From contig NIVC01004067.1 of assembly GCA_002269645.1 (NCBI GenBank), forward strand, positions 1 to 61,911: a DNA stretch of 61,911 bases. The letters run 5' to 3'. This document shows positions 61,730-61,911 of this stretch, piece by piece (within the stretch, counting starts at the first letter, position 1; each line of letters starts with the position of its first letter). Source of the stretch: Macrostomum lignano (taxonomy: Eukaryota). A model generated the notes under the pieces. The model was not told where the DNA came from. It searched no databases and saw only the letters and a program-made list of their open reading frames with translations. Made by a program: the position numbers and the translations under genes.

Positions 61730-61911
61730 GTGAGGCTGCTTCATTTTAGTTATCTTAAGTTGTAAATTTGCACATACTCTATGTACTACTAAAAGGGGTT
61801 GCAAGTTAAGCAGAGTTAATTGTGGCTAGTACGCAGCTGAATAGGTTCCCGAAGGCAGCCAAAGTGATGCTTGATGCTTGTCTACAAGTCGCACTCCTGC
61901 GATAGGACAGC

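Overview
Repeat-rich invertebrate nuclear DNA with GT-AG introns. A Macrostomum-like flatworm is my guess from composition and repeat style only; I have not verified it. From left to right: (1) a decayed minus-strand Ty3/Gypsy element, cut by the window edge, in which a herpesvirus-gB-type envelope ORF lies between gag and pol and no protease is visible; (2) an orphan minimal hammerhead ribozyme motif, a (TGTC)n tract and a 3.6-kb 34-bp satellite; (3) a young full-length Gypsy element with 442-bp LTRs, a CGAT TSD, a tRNA-His PBS, a PPT and a -1 frameshift signal; (4) a spliced, secreted PAN-like + fibrinogen-domain gene; (5) an internally deleted mariner with perfect TIRs; (6) a convergent pair of 4-exon paralogues encoding two RRMs plus a long TPR-like region that resembles IFIT proteins, each with one premature stop and patchwork identity to the other; (7) tRNA-derived SINEs, one with a CORE-like domain; (8) a spliced PAN + F-type lectin gene; (9) a Penelope-like element with a 3' hammerhead; (10) fold-back elements; (11) a cluster of kyphoscoliosis-peptidase (transglutaminase-like) genes and fragments. 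Many breaks are single-base indels, so consensus error cannot be separated from real decay without reads. All homology calls come from motif recognition by eye; no searches were run.
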